Source: Podarcis cretensis (Eukaryota). From it: a stretch of 64,000 bases of DNA. The DNA is taken from contig OX638162.1 in assembly GCA_951804945.1 (NCBI GenBank), positions 35,278,001 to 35,342,000 on the forward strand. The letters run 5' to 3'. This document shows positions 24,964 to 37,444 of this stretch, piece by piece. How positions within the stretch are numbered: the first letter of the stretch is position 1; each line of letters opens with the position of its first letter. The position numbers and the translations under genes are program-made. The notes under the pieces were generated by a model. The model was given only the letters and a program-made list of their open reading frames with translations, made no database searches and had not been told where the DNA came from.

Positions 24964-27900
24964 TCCTCACCTGCATAGCACTTCTCATTCTGAAGAAATG
25001 GATTCCAGAAATATCTCATTTAACCTATTCATAAAGGTGTATTTAAAAAAAAAAAAACTAGTGAAAGAAATATTGTTACACTTCCAAATTCTGCTGGTTT
25101 ATTTAAGCCTCAACATTTATAAATAATGGAGAATATAAAAACAATTAACTTTGGCATTATAAAAAAATGTAAGAGGGCTGAGAGCAATTTAAGTCAAGGC
25201 TTGCCCAGTGATAGTCACAGAAATTTATAATAGGACCTGAGAAAAGAATAAGTACCTTTCACCAGATGTACTGTGAATCACACCTTCATTGCAGCTGTGA
25301 TCCTTGGGGTTTACCCTCCCTAATCACAGCTGAGCAATAAAGGAGGCTCATTAAATGGAATGTAACAGACACTGAATGTAACAGATTAACTGTGCTACGC
25401 AACCTCAGCTTCAAATAGAGAGGGCTGGAGATCATTTCAAAGTTCAAATGAATTTTAAAGGGAGAGGGAGAGAGTCTGACGGCAAATGCTGTCAGGGAGC
25501 TTTTGTGCAATTTAGTTATGAGTTATGAACTGAGCAGTTTATTTGTGGAAAGTGGTGTCTATGATCCACAGGCTAGCCTTATTCAGTCATTCCCAAGTTG
25601 CATGCAAAGTAATAAGTGCTTACAGTGGTGGTAAGGTAGTCCTGGTGCACTGGGAGGCCCCTTGTGCTCATCCCACAATGGTCATATCCTCTATATGAAG
25701 AGCTGTGAAAAAGCAGCTGGTGATAGAGGTTGGAAGGAATCCTGTGAGACATCTACTTCAGCTTCTCTTACTTCATAATGGGATAAGTCCTTCCCCAAAG
25801 CTCCTTTTTTTAAAAAAAAAAAAGGTTATGCCTCAGCTAACTGCATATCTGGGAGTTGTGTCATCATGCAAGGAAGTACAGCTGGCTACAAAGTTGTGAC
25901 ATCAAGTGAGCCAAGTTTTTGAAATCTGAGAAAGAATGCTAAGAACATAAGAAGGGCTTGCTGGATCAGGCCAATGGCAATCTAGTCCAACACCCTGTTT
26001 TCAAAATGGCCACACGGATGCCTCTAGGAAACCCACAAGAAGAATTCACACAGTAGAAGAAAATTAATATGATGTCAAACAGAGTGAAGAATCAAAATAT
26101 TATTTTCTCCTCCTGTCACCTCCTCCCCAATGATTAAGAGCATTATGATGTGTTTTTGCAGTAAAAAAATGTTTTTAAAAAGCAGCTGAATTTTCTCTTG
26201 CAATTATAATGCTGTCAGTTTTTTATTATTAGTGTTAATAATAGTTTCATGAAGTTGGTAATATTTGTTGGCACATTTGAGGTTAATATTCTGGCCAATG
26301 AATTGAGAAACTAGTCTCATTTTATAAAAATAAAGTTGTTGTTTTTTACACATCTTTTATGCTGGAGGCCATATTAAAATGTGTATGCTTTAAAGTCTTC
26401 TAATTCTTTAGAGAAATGTTTACCACATTTTTATTTTTTAAAAATATAAGTATGCTTTATATTGATGGAAAGTATGGGAACAATTATGGTCCAATTCATG
26501 TAACAGATTTTTAATCTCTCTTGGGAATCATGATAAAGATTTGCATGCCTCTAAATTTCATCAAATTCTGTCCAGAAATAAAATTATACATATAAATAAA
26601 TAAAGCTGCACAGTAGAAAAGCTTGTTGATGGATTAGGTTTAGTTTGGCAAGCCTATTCTGCTCTTGAAGGGTTACGTTGTCTGTAAATTCCATCTCCTT
26701 CTGCATTTTGTCCACTCATAATAATTAATTTGGAGATGGGGGAATGGATCTGAAGCAAGACTCTGAATCAAATTGGGCAGACCATGAAGCATTTCAGACT
26801 GAAACCACAGTATGTTGCAAAAAAAAAAAAAAAAAATCATATCCAAACCACATCTTGATGACAGTGCAAACTGCTAATTTACTCTGCATAAAATTCATCT
26901 TTTTAAAAAATAGCATTGATATTTTTATTTGCTACAACCTGAATATAATAATATAATATAATAATTGACAAGGGAAGTCAAGACTTTTATTTATATATTG
27001 ACTTCAACATAATACAGCTGTCCTAGTGCTGCACTCCTTCAGAATACAGCTTATGGGGACTATGCATTTGAATGTGGCCCAACTCATTACTTGCCTATAC
27101 TGCAATCCCACACAGAACCTTTTCGATACCTCCCTAAGACTACCTTCCTAAAAAAAAATCAGGGAGAGTCACAGCCAGGGAGAGGGCACTCTCTGCAGCA
27201 GCCCCTAAGTTGTGGAATTCCCTCTCCATAGAGGTGAGCTTGGCTTCTTCTACTTTATAGCTTTTGGTGAATGCTACACCTGGCCTTTTTGAACATGAGG
27301 TGTGTGTTTTCAGGACCCATCCCATTCCTGTGACCACACTTTTTAAATTCTCAACTTTAAATGGTTGTATCCTGACCTGAGACCTGCTGGTGAAGGATGG
27401 GCAATTCATTGAACAACAACAACAACAATGAACAAAATACTGCACATACCCATGATATAGTGTGAGTTGGAAACTTCTTTGTGGTGCAATACTCAGCAGC
27501 CTCCCTCCATCCTACTGGAACGGCAATTCCATGCAGAATATCAATGAAATTAACATGACTCATGTTCTGTTCTCATATGCAACACCACTGCATTGGACTG
27601 CAGTATAGACAAGTAGTTCCCAAACCGTGTATGGGGAGCTGGGGGACCTGGAAAGACTGTACTATAGGATGCATGCAAATTGAATTACTATACATAATGG
27701 CATACAGAGATGTAGGGTAGCCCATTTTAAATATGTACAGTCCTCTATAAATATGGAAATGTGTCTCTGGGCAGCTACTTCATCAAATTGCCAAACTGCC
27801 TCTTTACTCATGAGTTTAAAATGCATGAAATCTGTCCCAAAAATCTTACATCCTCCCTTAAAAAAAATCCCTCACAGTTCAGTTGCAAAACACACCAGTT

Positions 27901-28159
27901 TATATACTTAGGTTTCTAGATGAAAAATGTTCATAATAACTGCAAAGTAATAGACTCAGTAGATGGCAGACAATAATTTGACAAATGAGATGGAGGAAGT
28001 ATTTCAGCAGGGCGGCTTCATTCGTTTTATTTGATTTCTTTGCAGTTCTTTGATTTCTTAATCATCAGTGTATAGCAGGAAAATGCTTAGATTCAGTCTG
28101 TTGCACACTCTGGAATGCATCTCAGGGCTCTGTTCCCACGCTTCATTCACACACCCAGC

Positions 28160-28194
28160 AAAAGAAAAGAAAAGAAAAGAAAAGAAAAGAAAAA
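28160..28194. repeat. (AAAAG)n pentanucleotide microsatellite
   Basis: Direct reading of the sequence. Confidence 0.9.
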
Positions 28195-29984
28195 GACAGA
28201 TACATTTCCCACTGAAGAATTCTAGCATTTCTGAGAACCAACCTGGGGATTCATTTGCTGTGCCATTACTTAAAAAAAAAAAAAAAAAGCTCTCTCGTAC
28301 CAACATGAATAGTATAACCAATCTCCATAAGCTTGTCTGCGAATAGAACATTAAGTATTATACAGCTTGTGAAACAGATAATTAGAATGTTAAGAAGTTT
28401 CATAAGTTATATCCTCCATGGGGAAACCGTAAAGTTTTTGGCTCTCCATAATAGTCACAGGCCTTTTGGGAGGACACACAATAAGACTTCCAGATATAGT
28501 CAAATGCTACCAACTCCTGAAGAAGGAAGTATCAGTTAAAAACCTGTCAGTTTAAGAAGTTGCTTTTGATCCGTTAGTCCCTAGGGATTTTTTTTCTGAA
28601 GGTGTTCCACATATCTAATGTTGTATCTGAATAGTATTTTCACTATATATATTTTTCAGTTATTACAGATGTGGATATTATGAGACAGCTTGTATCCAAA
28701 TGGAAAAGAGTATAAAATGGAAGAGCATATGTTTTGGAGGCAGAAGGGGCCTTCCAGGAACCAGTATCAGGTGATGGGAAGAACCTTAATCTTCTGGAGA
28801 CCCTGGCAGAGTAGACTGTACTGGGCTTGAAAGACAAAGAGTTTATCTGGAACAGCTCCCCATGTTCCTAAATGAGGTTGAATTCTAATAGGGGTGTATA
28901 CTATGTGAAACATTTGATCATCAATAGTCCGTGTGGTGTAGTGGTTAGGGTGTCAGACTAGGTAGGACCTGCAGGACCAGGCTTCTAATCTCCACTCAGC
29001 CATGAAGCTCATTAAGTCACTTGGCACCATGCACATTGTACACATTTGTATGCAATTTTGTCTGATATTTTGCAAGCAATTATAATATAATGCATTTTTG
29101 GTATGTTGATATCATTAATAGACTCTTTTTATGCACACTTTAGTATATGCTTGTCTGAATAACTAGCTGGAAAACTCATTGAAAAATTTGGATTAGGGCA
29201 AATTTCAGAGGATGACTCTTTTTCGGTTCTCATCTTGTTTTGGAAAGTGTGAATTAGGAAAGTTTGTTTTAAATGTGAGATGAATGGAATTTCTCGCTCA
29301 TCCTTACAGCACAGCCCTTGGATATCAGGCACTCTCCAGAGAAACACTGTGCATGGGCATTATACTACAGTCTGTCTCTCTCTCTCTCTGAATGTGGTTC
29401 CCATCCTTCACTTCTGCTCCCTGCCGTAGGCAGTCTTGCTTTAAGTCCCATTGATTTCAATTTCAACTGGACTTCGGCATGCATACATTTCTCTGCATTG
29501 CACCCCCAGTGCTAGACAAGAGTGAGATTGCATTAAACTTTAGCATAATATACAGCTACTCTGAAACAGCATTATCCTTTTCTTAGTGTGAAATTAATTT
29601 GTTCACCAGAGAAAATAAATCATTGGTGGGACAAAGAAAATTGATTTTTACAACACCTTTCACTTGTTTTACTCTTCGTGGTATTAACTATGTTAGATTC
29701 TGAGAGTGTTTATAGGCATTATAAAACATTTAAATCTTGATGTATTAAGGCACTTGAATAGCTCCTGGGTATTAGTAAGAGAATTATATTAGGATTAGTC
29801 TGGGTATCAATCTTGGTATCTGGCACATTGCTAAGGAAACTGCTGTTTTATCCTCATTGAGACCCTAAACAGAACTTCATTATCTTACACTGAAAAAAGA
29901 GAACAGATACTGGCAGTGAGCTGCCCCCAAATGTACGTGGGTCACCAAAAACAGTAAAACACAAGTAATTCAGCATAAATGATC

Positions 29985-30075
29985 AGGCTGTAATCCTATG
30001 CCTACTTACCTAGGAGTAAGTCCCATGGAACTCAGAGAGACTTACTTCTGAGTAAAAATCACTGGATTGTGCAGC
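29985..30075. repeat. Short palindromic MITE-like repeats (also ~48815-48905; second family ~1290-1385, 19335-19430, 30490-30580, 52470-52562)
   Basis: GAGTAAGTCCCAT.GAACTCA..GG.CTTACTTCTG fold-back in the first family; CAGAGTAGACCCA..GA / TGGGTCTACTCTG arms in the second. Confidence 0.6.
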
Positions 30076-30634
30076 ATCTTCTCTGAAATATTATTATGTG
30101 CAAGGTACTTAAAATAAACTAGTCATAGATCACACAATGGGAGAAATTAAGGACTAGCGTGATGAAAATTTATAGGAGAACACAGATGTAAGAAATCAAT
30201 ATTTTAGGGTGGCAGCACCACACTTTTGAACTCCCTTTACTAAGTACTCTTTTCAGTGCCTGCTAAAAACATTTTTTGTTTGGCTACCAGATATGTAGAA
30301 GGTTGGTATCTGTTTCTAGCTTATCGTTAAATTTCAATTATTATTTGAATATTTTAAATAGCTGTTTTAAACCATATTTATTGATTTTTTTTGTTTTCTT
30401 CTTTTTTTGCAATCAAGAGATATATAATTTTTTCGAAATAAATAAATAAAATTGGCATCAGATAATACTACGGGTCCATACTAAAGGTTCACCTGAGGTC
30501 TACTCAAAGCAGACCAACTGAAATTAGTGGATCTCTGTCATGTCCCTTAATTTAAATGGGTCTACTCTGCATATAACTGGGGCTGGATCCATCCAACTGC
30601 TTCCAAATAGTAGCCACAGTTTAGTGTGAATATC

Positions 30635-30930
30635 TCTAAATATTCATATTTTTGTACACAGTTTTAACCAATGTACATATTTTTGAAGCAATTTCCCCTA
30701 ATATAATGCATTTCAATTTTGTTTTCACCAATATCTTTTTATATGCAATTTCCCTTAATAAATGCATTTCTGTAAACATTGTTGGGTTGGAGAACTGCAT
30801 CACAAAATTTGGAGAAGTGAGAATTCCCAAGCATAGCTGTATTTTAATCCACATATTTTTTCCCCAAGAAGTGTGACCATGATAGATTCACCTTTAGATG
30901 CAAACTGAATTAAACTTCTCCCCCACCCCT
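30635..30930. repeat. Dispersed AT-rich repeat family (relatives ~29035-29300, ~54047-54170)
   Basis: The three sites share degraded motifs (..CCTAATATAATGCATTT.., and a related terminal segment) in differing orientations; family unknown. Confidence 0.5.
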
Positions 30931-33475
30931 ACTCAAAAGTAATTACTGCTGAACAGAATGCAACTTACTCCCAGGTGTGTGGCTTTCAGATTGCCATCTA
31001 CACAACCACCACCCATTTTAAAGCAATCTAAGCTGCAATCCACTACATTTCATCTTGCGGCACTAAACTCTATATGTTAATGGTGCGCTCTGAAATGCAC
31101 CACTTCAAAAAATGAGGAAATTCAGGAACCCATTAAAATTCATCAAAACTTGAGATTCATGCAGTTGTCAAGTGTTACAAAGAAGAAAAGCAGGGAGTTA
31201 CCACTCACAGGACAGGAGAGGAAACCTTCAGGTGCACACAAACAAAAATATATATATTATTAAGTCCAAAGCATTTCAAACAGTCGTTCTTCCTTACTTC
31301 CTCAAGGGCATACTTGAATGTCAAATTTTCTATTTGAGTGTGTGTGTGTGTATATGTGTTTTTGTTTCCCCTAGTAACTAGTTCCAATTGTGTGCAGAGG
31401 CCAAGTTTAAATTTGATGTTCAAGAGTGCTTCTGGGGAAGAGCAATAGTTAGAAATTCAGAAGGTTTGAAAGTAAACATGTTTTGAATGCAACTGGAGGT
31501 TTCTTAATTTCCTTTTCAGAACTCATAATGCCAATAAACAGATGGAACACACAGTCATCATTGTGCAAGTTCTCATGTTGACAAGAATGAACTTGTGGTC
31601 CCTTCTGCCCTGTCCTATGTGCAGGTGTTAATACTGACATGACTCAAGCTGGGAAAAGGAGTAGTCCTGGACTCAAATTTGCCCATCTTGTAATGCTCAC
31701 CCATATCCCAAACTAAGGATCATTTCAAACAGAACATCATCAGAATGAATCATAATTCAGAGTCAGGTCAAATGCTGCCCCCTCACCCCAATGGTACAAA
31801 GGTAAGCCTTATGATAGCGGCCATAAATTTGGCTAGCTACCAGCACCACCCAGATTTTTTTTTTTTTTTTGGGGGGGGGAGACACATTCAGCTGATGACG
31901 AGAAGGATATTTTCTCACCACTCTATGTCTGTGTGATTTTGAAGGATTTCTAGGACTTTTGGAGAACGAGTTGAATGCCTATGTCCAGAACAAAACTATA
32001 CTTCAGCACACTTAATTTTAATGGGATAAACAGCAAAATTATCATCCCCCCCCCACACTTGTAATCATTTTTAAAGCTTCCATTGCAGAATCAAATCTAA
32101 TAAATAAAAAGTAAAGAAGTCACCCCTGTTGCTCTTAATAAAGTTGTATGTCTGTATTTAAGTCTTTGGATGTAGATTTTGCTGATAAACTCCACCCAAG
32201 ACTCATAATGATGGCTGCTTCATCTTACAGATGTTACGACCAGAACTGACAGTTTCATCAAAAGTCAAATTCTCTTATAAGTGAATTTCAGAGTGGGATA
32301 GTGATATATAGTGATTTCATTCACATTCAAAAGACTAAGAGAAATATATAGTTGTGTTATATATATAAAAAAACCAAATGTGTGCATACATCCAATAAAA
32401 ATTGATGGAAGAGTGTTTGAGCTAACTCACTTCAGTCTGTGCATTTTAAACATCTGACTTCACCAGGAGTCTGTGTTGACACTGTGTAAAGCTGTATAGA
32501 CTTGAAATCTGAGACTGAAGCAATTTTAATATTAATGGAGTCTTTACAAAAGTTTAAGAGAGAGAAAAGTCACAGAGTCTTCTGTTTTGAAGAATGAGTG
32601 ATAATAATACCAAACTGCTTTGCATAGAACAGACAAATCTAAAACTGTACCTTCTCCCCCATTACTTTCTAAATATCACACAGCATGGTGTTCAAGCTTC
32701 TAGGCAACATTCTAAATTGGAGGGCTTCACCAAAACAGCTCCCTGACTTAGGAACATAGTAAGGTGCCTTCCACTGAGACATATCATTGCTCCATCTAGG
32801 TGAGTATTGTCTTTATACTGACTGGCTCTCCAAGGTTTCAGACAGGAGACCTTTCCCGAAGATATTGCTGGTTGAACCTGAGAACTTCAGCCTGAATAGG
32901 AATTGCCTCCAAGCTGCATTAGCTTCATTTGACCTTTGTGATGTTGTCACATAGCCAAATCTATTTGTGATGTTGTCACATATCTGTTCCTGGGGTACCT
33001 TGTTAATCCATATACATATATCTTTCAAATGGAACCACAGCAGCAGTCACAATCTTGGCTGCAAACATGTTCCACGCCAGCATGAAGCAGGGAAACAAGC
33101 TATTCAAGAACATTTTCGAGGCCCTTACCCTATCTGCAACAAAACTGTCCAGCGGCGAACATCCAGTGAAACCTATTAAAACCAGCTGAAACCCAGTTTG
33201 CACACTGACAGTCAGGGGGCCTGTTCAAGATCAGCAGGTTCCAAGCTAGCTCAGCCCCTCATGTCTGGGGCTTTCCACTGCTTTCCCCTTGCATATTTGG
33301 TAGTTAGAATGGGCAGCTCCATGCCAACAAAGTGATGCTGGCATCACTCCACAGGCAGAGGATGGCAGAGCTGGGTGGTAGGACACTTTAACCCAAACCA
33401 CAAGCAGCAGCAGCCTGGTACAGAAGAGGTTTGGATTGTTCTGCCAGTTATGGAGCATATACAAGAAAGGGGAAA

Positions 33476-33587
33476 TCATAGAAGGGGGGCATATAGTCCA
33501 ACCACCTGCAATGCATGAATATTTTTCCCCAACATGGAGCTCGAAACCACAACCCTGAAATAGAGAGTCTCATGCTCTACCAACTGA
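33476..33587 (-). mobile_element. tRNA-Lys-derived SINE fragment
   Basis: Minus TCAGTTGGTAGAGCATGAGACTCTCTATTTCAGGGTTGTGGTTTCGAGCTCCATGTTGGG closely follows tRNA-Lys(CTT), but with a mutated anticodon loop, a missing 5' acceptor strand and a CR1-like tail; not a functional tRNA. Confidence 0.8.
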
Positions 33588-33624
33588 AGAGAAGTATGGA
33601 CTGCACTGCCTACATTTTTTAAAC

Positions 33625-33797
33625 CAAGACAGACCAAATGTCCATCTATCTCAGTGTTGTCTACATGGACTGATAGCACTTCTTCAGGGGTTGAGATAGG
33701 AAATATCTCCAAGCCCTACCTGGAGATGCCAGGGATTGAACCCTGAACCTTCTGCATGCATAGCAGATGCTCTGGCACTGAGCTACAGCTCTTCCCC
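33625..33797 (-). mobile_element. tRNA-derived squamate SINE (Squam3-like); other copies ~4350-4478(-), 6228-6414(+), 28715-28870(+), 32749-32890(-)
   Basis: Minus GCTGTAGCTCAGTGCCAGAGCATCTGCT...GGTTCAATCCCTGGCATCTCCAGGTAGGGCT (A/B boxes); CCCTACCTGGAGATGCCAGGGATTGAAC is shared with the copy near 4409. Confidence 0.75.
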
Positions 33798-34266
33798 CAC
33801 AGTTTTGACAGTCATGGTCCATGTAGAGATGAGATTAAAAAATGACTTACCGTAAATTTTGCTCCATAACACGCAGATTTTTCCTCCTAGAAAGTAAGGG
33901 GAAATGTCTGTGCGTGTTATGGAGCGAATGCCTACAGATGGCGGGGGAATCTGCTGCAGTTGTGAGCAGTCCGTGGCTCGCTTTGAAACAGCAAAGCGGG
34001 TGTAAGCGGCTCCTGTCAGCGAGCCGAGCTGGGGAGGAGGGAGAGAAGCAGAGCGGGCTTGGCTGCTTTAAAACAACCCCATCCTCTATGTTCCTCTTTC
34101 CTCCCCACTGAGCTGCTAAGTAGCAGCAAAGCTTTTCAGCCAACCTAGCCGGGAGGAGGGAGAGAAGCAGAGCTTTAAAACAACCCCGTGCTCTCTGTCC
34201 CTGCCTGCAGTTTTTTGCTGTCCGATTTTGGATTAGCCACTGTGTGTGTGTGTGCTTGAGCTATCG

Positions 34267-34995
34267 TTCTCCTCCTCCTGCTTCCCGTTCACTCTCCCTG
34301 CGCCCCTGCGCTCTCCCTCCGACTTTAGAATTGACACTCTGTGTGTCTGTGTGTGTGTGAGAGAGGGCTCCTTCTCCTCCTCCTGCTTCCCGTTCACTCT
34401 CCCTGCCCTCTGCCTCCGACTTTAGAATTGACACTCTGTGTGTCTGTGTGTGTGTGAGAGAGGGCTCCTTCTCCTCCTCCTGCTTCCCGTTCACTCTCCC
34501 TGCCCTCTGCCTCCGACTTTAGAATTGACACTCTGTGTGTCTGTGTGTGAGAGAGAGAGGGCTCCTTCTCCTCCTCCTGCTTCCCGTTCACTCTCCCTGC
34601 CCTCTGCCTCCGACTTTAGAATTGACACTCTGTGTGTCTGTGTGTGAGAGAGAGAGGGCTCCTTCTCCTCCTCCTGCTTCCCGTTCACTCTCCCTGCCCT
34701 CTCCCTCCCTGCCCTCTCCCTCCGACTTTAGAATTGACACTCTGTGTGTCTGTGTGTGTGAGAGAGAGGGCTCCTTCTCCTCCTCCTGCTTCCCGTTCAC
34801 TCTCCCTGCCCTCTGCCTCCGACTTTAGAATTGACACTCTGTGTGTCTGTGTGTGTGAGAGAGAGGGCTCCTTCTCCTCCTCCTGCTTCCCGTTCACTCT
34901 CCCTGCCCTCTGCCTCCGACTTTAGAATTGACACTGTGTGTCTGTGTGTGTGTGAGAGAGGGCTCCTTCTCCTCCTCCTGCTTCCCGTTCACTCC
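34267..34995. repeat. Minisatellite, ~97-bp unit, 7 full copies plus a partial, inside the transposon
   Basis: GACTTTAGAATTGACACT recurs at 34321, 34418, 34515, 34612, 34724, 34821 and 34918. Spacing is 97 except one 112-bp unit carrying a 15-bp internal duplication. Each unit contains a (TG)n(AG)n tract. Confidence 0.95.
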
Positions 34996-35298
34996 CCCAG
35001 CGCCCCTGCGACTTCCAGCGCCCTGCGACTTTAGGGCCAGTTCTCTCTCTGCGTGTGTGTGTGTTTTGACCTCACTGCGCTTGTTGGGGGAGAGTGTTGG
35101 TCGCAATTTTTCTTGATTTGTCTCAGAGTGGTTACTATCATGGTTTCCTTGCCAGGGAGGAGGGAGAGACGCAGAGCCTGCTTGTTCTAAAGGAGCAAAG
35201 CCGGAGAGGAGCCTCTCCTGCATTATTAGCAGCATCCTTTTCCACCCACCCCACGCGTGCTCCTTGTCCCTTGAGTTCTTTTCCTTCCCTCCCCACTT

Positions 35299-35582
35299 AA
35301 AACGTGGTTACAAAGCACGGATCCACACGGATCCTCAGGATTTTTGCACTAGGTCACCCCAAATTCACCATCAGATCACATAGCATATCCATGGCTACAG
35401 CCTGCACCAAAAAGCACACACACCCACTGTTTCATGGGGCCGCAATGGCGCAAAAACGTGGTTACAAAGCATGGATCCACATGGATCCTCAGGATTTTTG
35501 CATTGGGCTACCCCAAACTCACCGTCAGATCACATGTCTGTGGCCACAGCATGAACCACAAAAATCATACATCCACTGTTTC
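35299..35582. repeat. Diverged ~154-bp tandem duplication inside the transposon
   Basis: AAAACGTGGTTACAAAGCAYGGATCCACAYGGATCCTCAGGATTTTTGCA starts at 35299 and again at 35453. Confidence 0.85.
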
Positions 35583-37022
35583 GTTTAGAATATTTTTTTC
35601 TTGTTTTCCTCCTCTAAAAACTATGTGCGTGTTATGGTCAGGTGCGTGTTATAGAGCGAAAAATACGGTACTTTGACTGGATTTGGCCTAAGCTAAGCAT
35701 CATTTTGTATTGCAGTTAGGAGTGGAAGGTTTAATTAGTTTAGTTAGTGCATTAATCAAATAAAGCAGACTAAGCTACTGAGTAGCGTGGGGGCCATCAT
35801 AAATGGGTAAGATTGCAAGTCAAGGGCCCACATATTTAGTATATTTTGATTATGATATGTATCTGTAATAGCAAATAAAAATAAAAATATGTATTTCGCT
35901 AACAAGAAGGGGCAGCATTTATTTTTAACAATAACGTCTCATGGCTTTTTCAATACTCCAAATAGGTGCACATTTTGAGTTTTTGGTAATATGCAACTGT
36001 ATTTAATGTAATCTATCAATCACTTATAAAGCAGATGATCAATCAGCCAAAATTACTGAATAGGCTGACAGCCTTAATTGCAATGCAATAATATAGTAAT
36101 GCCAACTTGTATTACTTTCTCCATCTTTGCGCTATAATGGAGAATATACGCTTCTGTTTTTAAAAACACAGAGGCACAGCAGCAGCAGATCTTTCCTAAA
36201 TCAAAAGGGCAAATTTTTTTTAATGCCTGAAGGAAATTTGTGCACATGCATTCATCTTGAAATCTGAGTGATAATAAATTAAATTACATTTTCAACTTTG
36301 ACCTACAGAACATGGGAGTTATTCAAGGGAAACAGAGGAGCAGAAAGATAGCACAGAACACTTAAACGAGATGGAAGATTCAGGGAGGAAAGGGAAGAGA
36401 TGGCGGGAACAGTGTCAGAGATGAGAGCCTCAGGCCAAATAAAGTACGAATACATGAATAATAATACAAAGCCAACACTTGTGTAGAAATCCTTATCTGC
36501 TCTAATGCCAGGATACAGTCTTCTCTCAATTCTGGCACTTGCCACAGTATGATTAGACTTATTTTTATATTTTGTCACATTGATCAAGATATTAAAATAA
36601 AATTTAAGTCTTCTTAGCTAAGATGGACACTAAACTGGTGTGTGTGTGTGCGCACGCACAATTTGCAGCTATACAGATGTTTCTGGACACATGGACTGAA
36701 GAACTGAAGAATTGAATTGAAGAATCTGAAATGGGAGCAGGAATTGCAGTAATTCACATATTTGCCCAAGGTCAGAAACAAAAGTCATGCAAGCGAATAT
36801 GAATGGTATTCACTATCCTTGTTTGTTTGTTTGTTGGTTGGTTGGTGTTTACTCTGCAAATGTTATGTAAGTATTTATGTTATTTTCTGCAATCCTTTTG
36901 GCATTTCCCTTCCACTGAAATGTATTGAAATGAATTGCACAATTATGATGACACCATAATTCATGCAGTTTACACAAATAATTAAGTTATTTTGCCAAAA
37001 TAGACAGAAAAAACCCCAAATA

Positions 37023-37249
37023 CAGTGGTACCTCGGGTTGAAGAACTTAATTCGTTCTGGAGGTCTGTTCTTAACTTGAAACTGTTCTTAATCTGAAACA
37101 CCACTTCAGCTAATGGGGCCTCCCACTACCGCTGCGCTGCCGCTGCATGATTTCTGTTCTCATCCTGAAGCAAAGTTCTTAATCCGAGGTAATATTTCTG
37201 GGTTAGCGGAGTCTGTAACCTGAAGTGTATGTAACCTGAGGTACCACAG
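37023..37249. mobile_element. Tc1/mariner (Tigger-like) MITE, 227 bp
   Basis: TA|CAGTGGTACCTCGGGTT ... AACCTGAGGTACCACAG|TA: TIR plus TA target duplication. Confidence 0.88.
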
Positions 37250-37396
37250 TAAAGTAGTTATGGGTGGAAGTTGAACGGCTGCGGAACAGACACTGTGCCG
37301 CTTATGATGAACACAGGGTGGAAAGGAAAATGATGTCTTCATCATCTCTGTTTCAGGGGTACACAAAATTCCCTTATTACTACAGGTCTTTTAATG

Positions 37397-37397
<1 letters not shown>

Positions 37398-37443
<46 letters not shown>
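37398..37443. repeat. (TTA)n microsatellite
   Basis: Direct reading of the sequence. Confidence 0.95.

Positions 37444-37444
<1 letters not shown>

Larger units (their letters stand above)
33850..35668. mobile_element. Non-autonomous Tc1/mariner-superfamily (Tc2/pogo-type, CCGTA ends) DNA transposon, 1.8 kb
   Basis: Left end CCGTAAATTTTGCTCCATAACACGCA versus reverse complement of the right end CCGTATTTTTCGCTCTATAACACGCA (~26-bp imperfect TIR). TA on both sides (33848-33849, 35669-35670). Subterminal TGCGTGTTAT repeats. No transposase ORF. Confidence 0.88.

Noticed and set aside
33520-33587. tRNA-Lys gene
   Set aside because: Anticodon loop mutated, 5' acceptor strand missing, attached to a SINE tail.
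34261-35235. Series of repeated ORFs (MNGKQEEEKEPS...) and a regular array resembling CRISPR
   Set aside because: Translations of the 97-bp minisatellite. Units are wholly repeated with no unique spacers, there are no cas genes, and the DNA is vertebrate.
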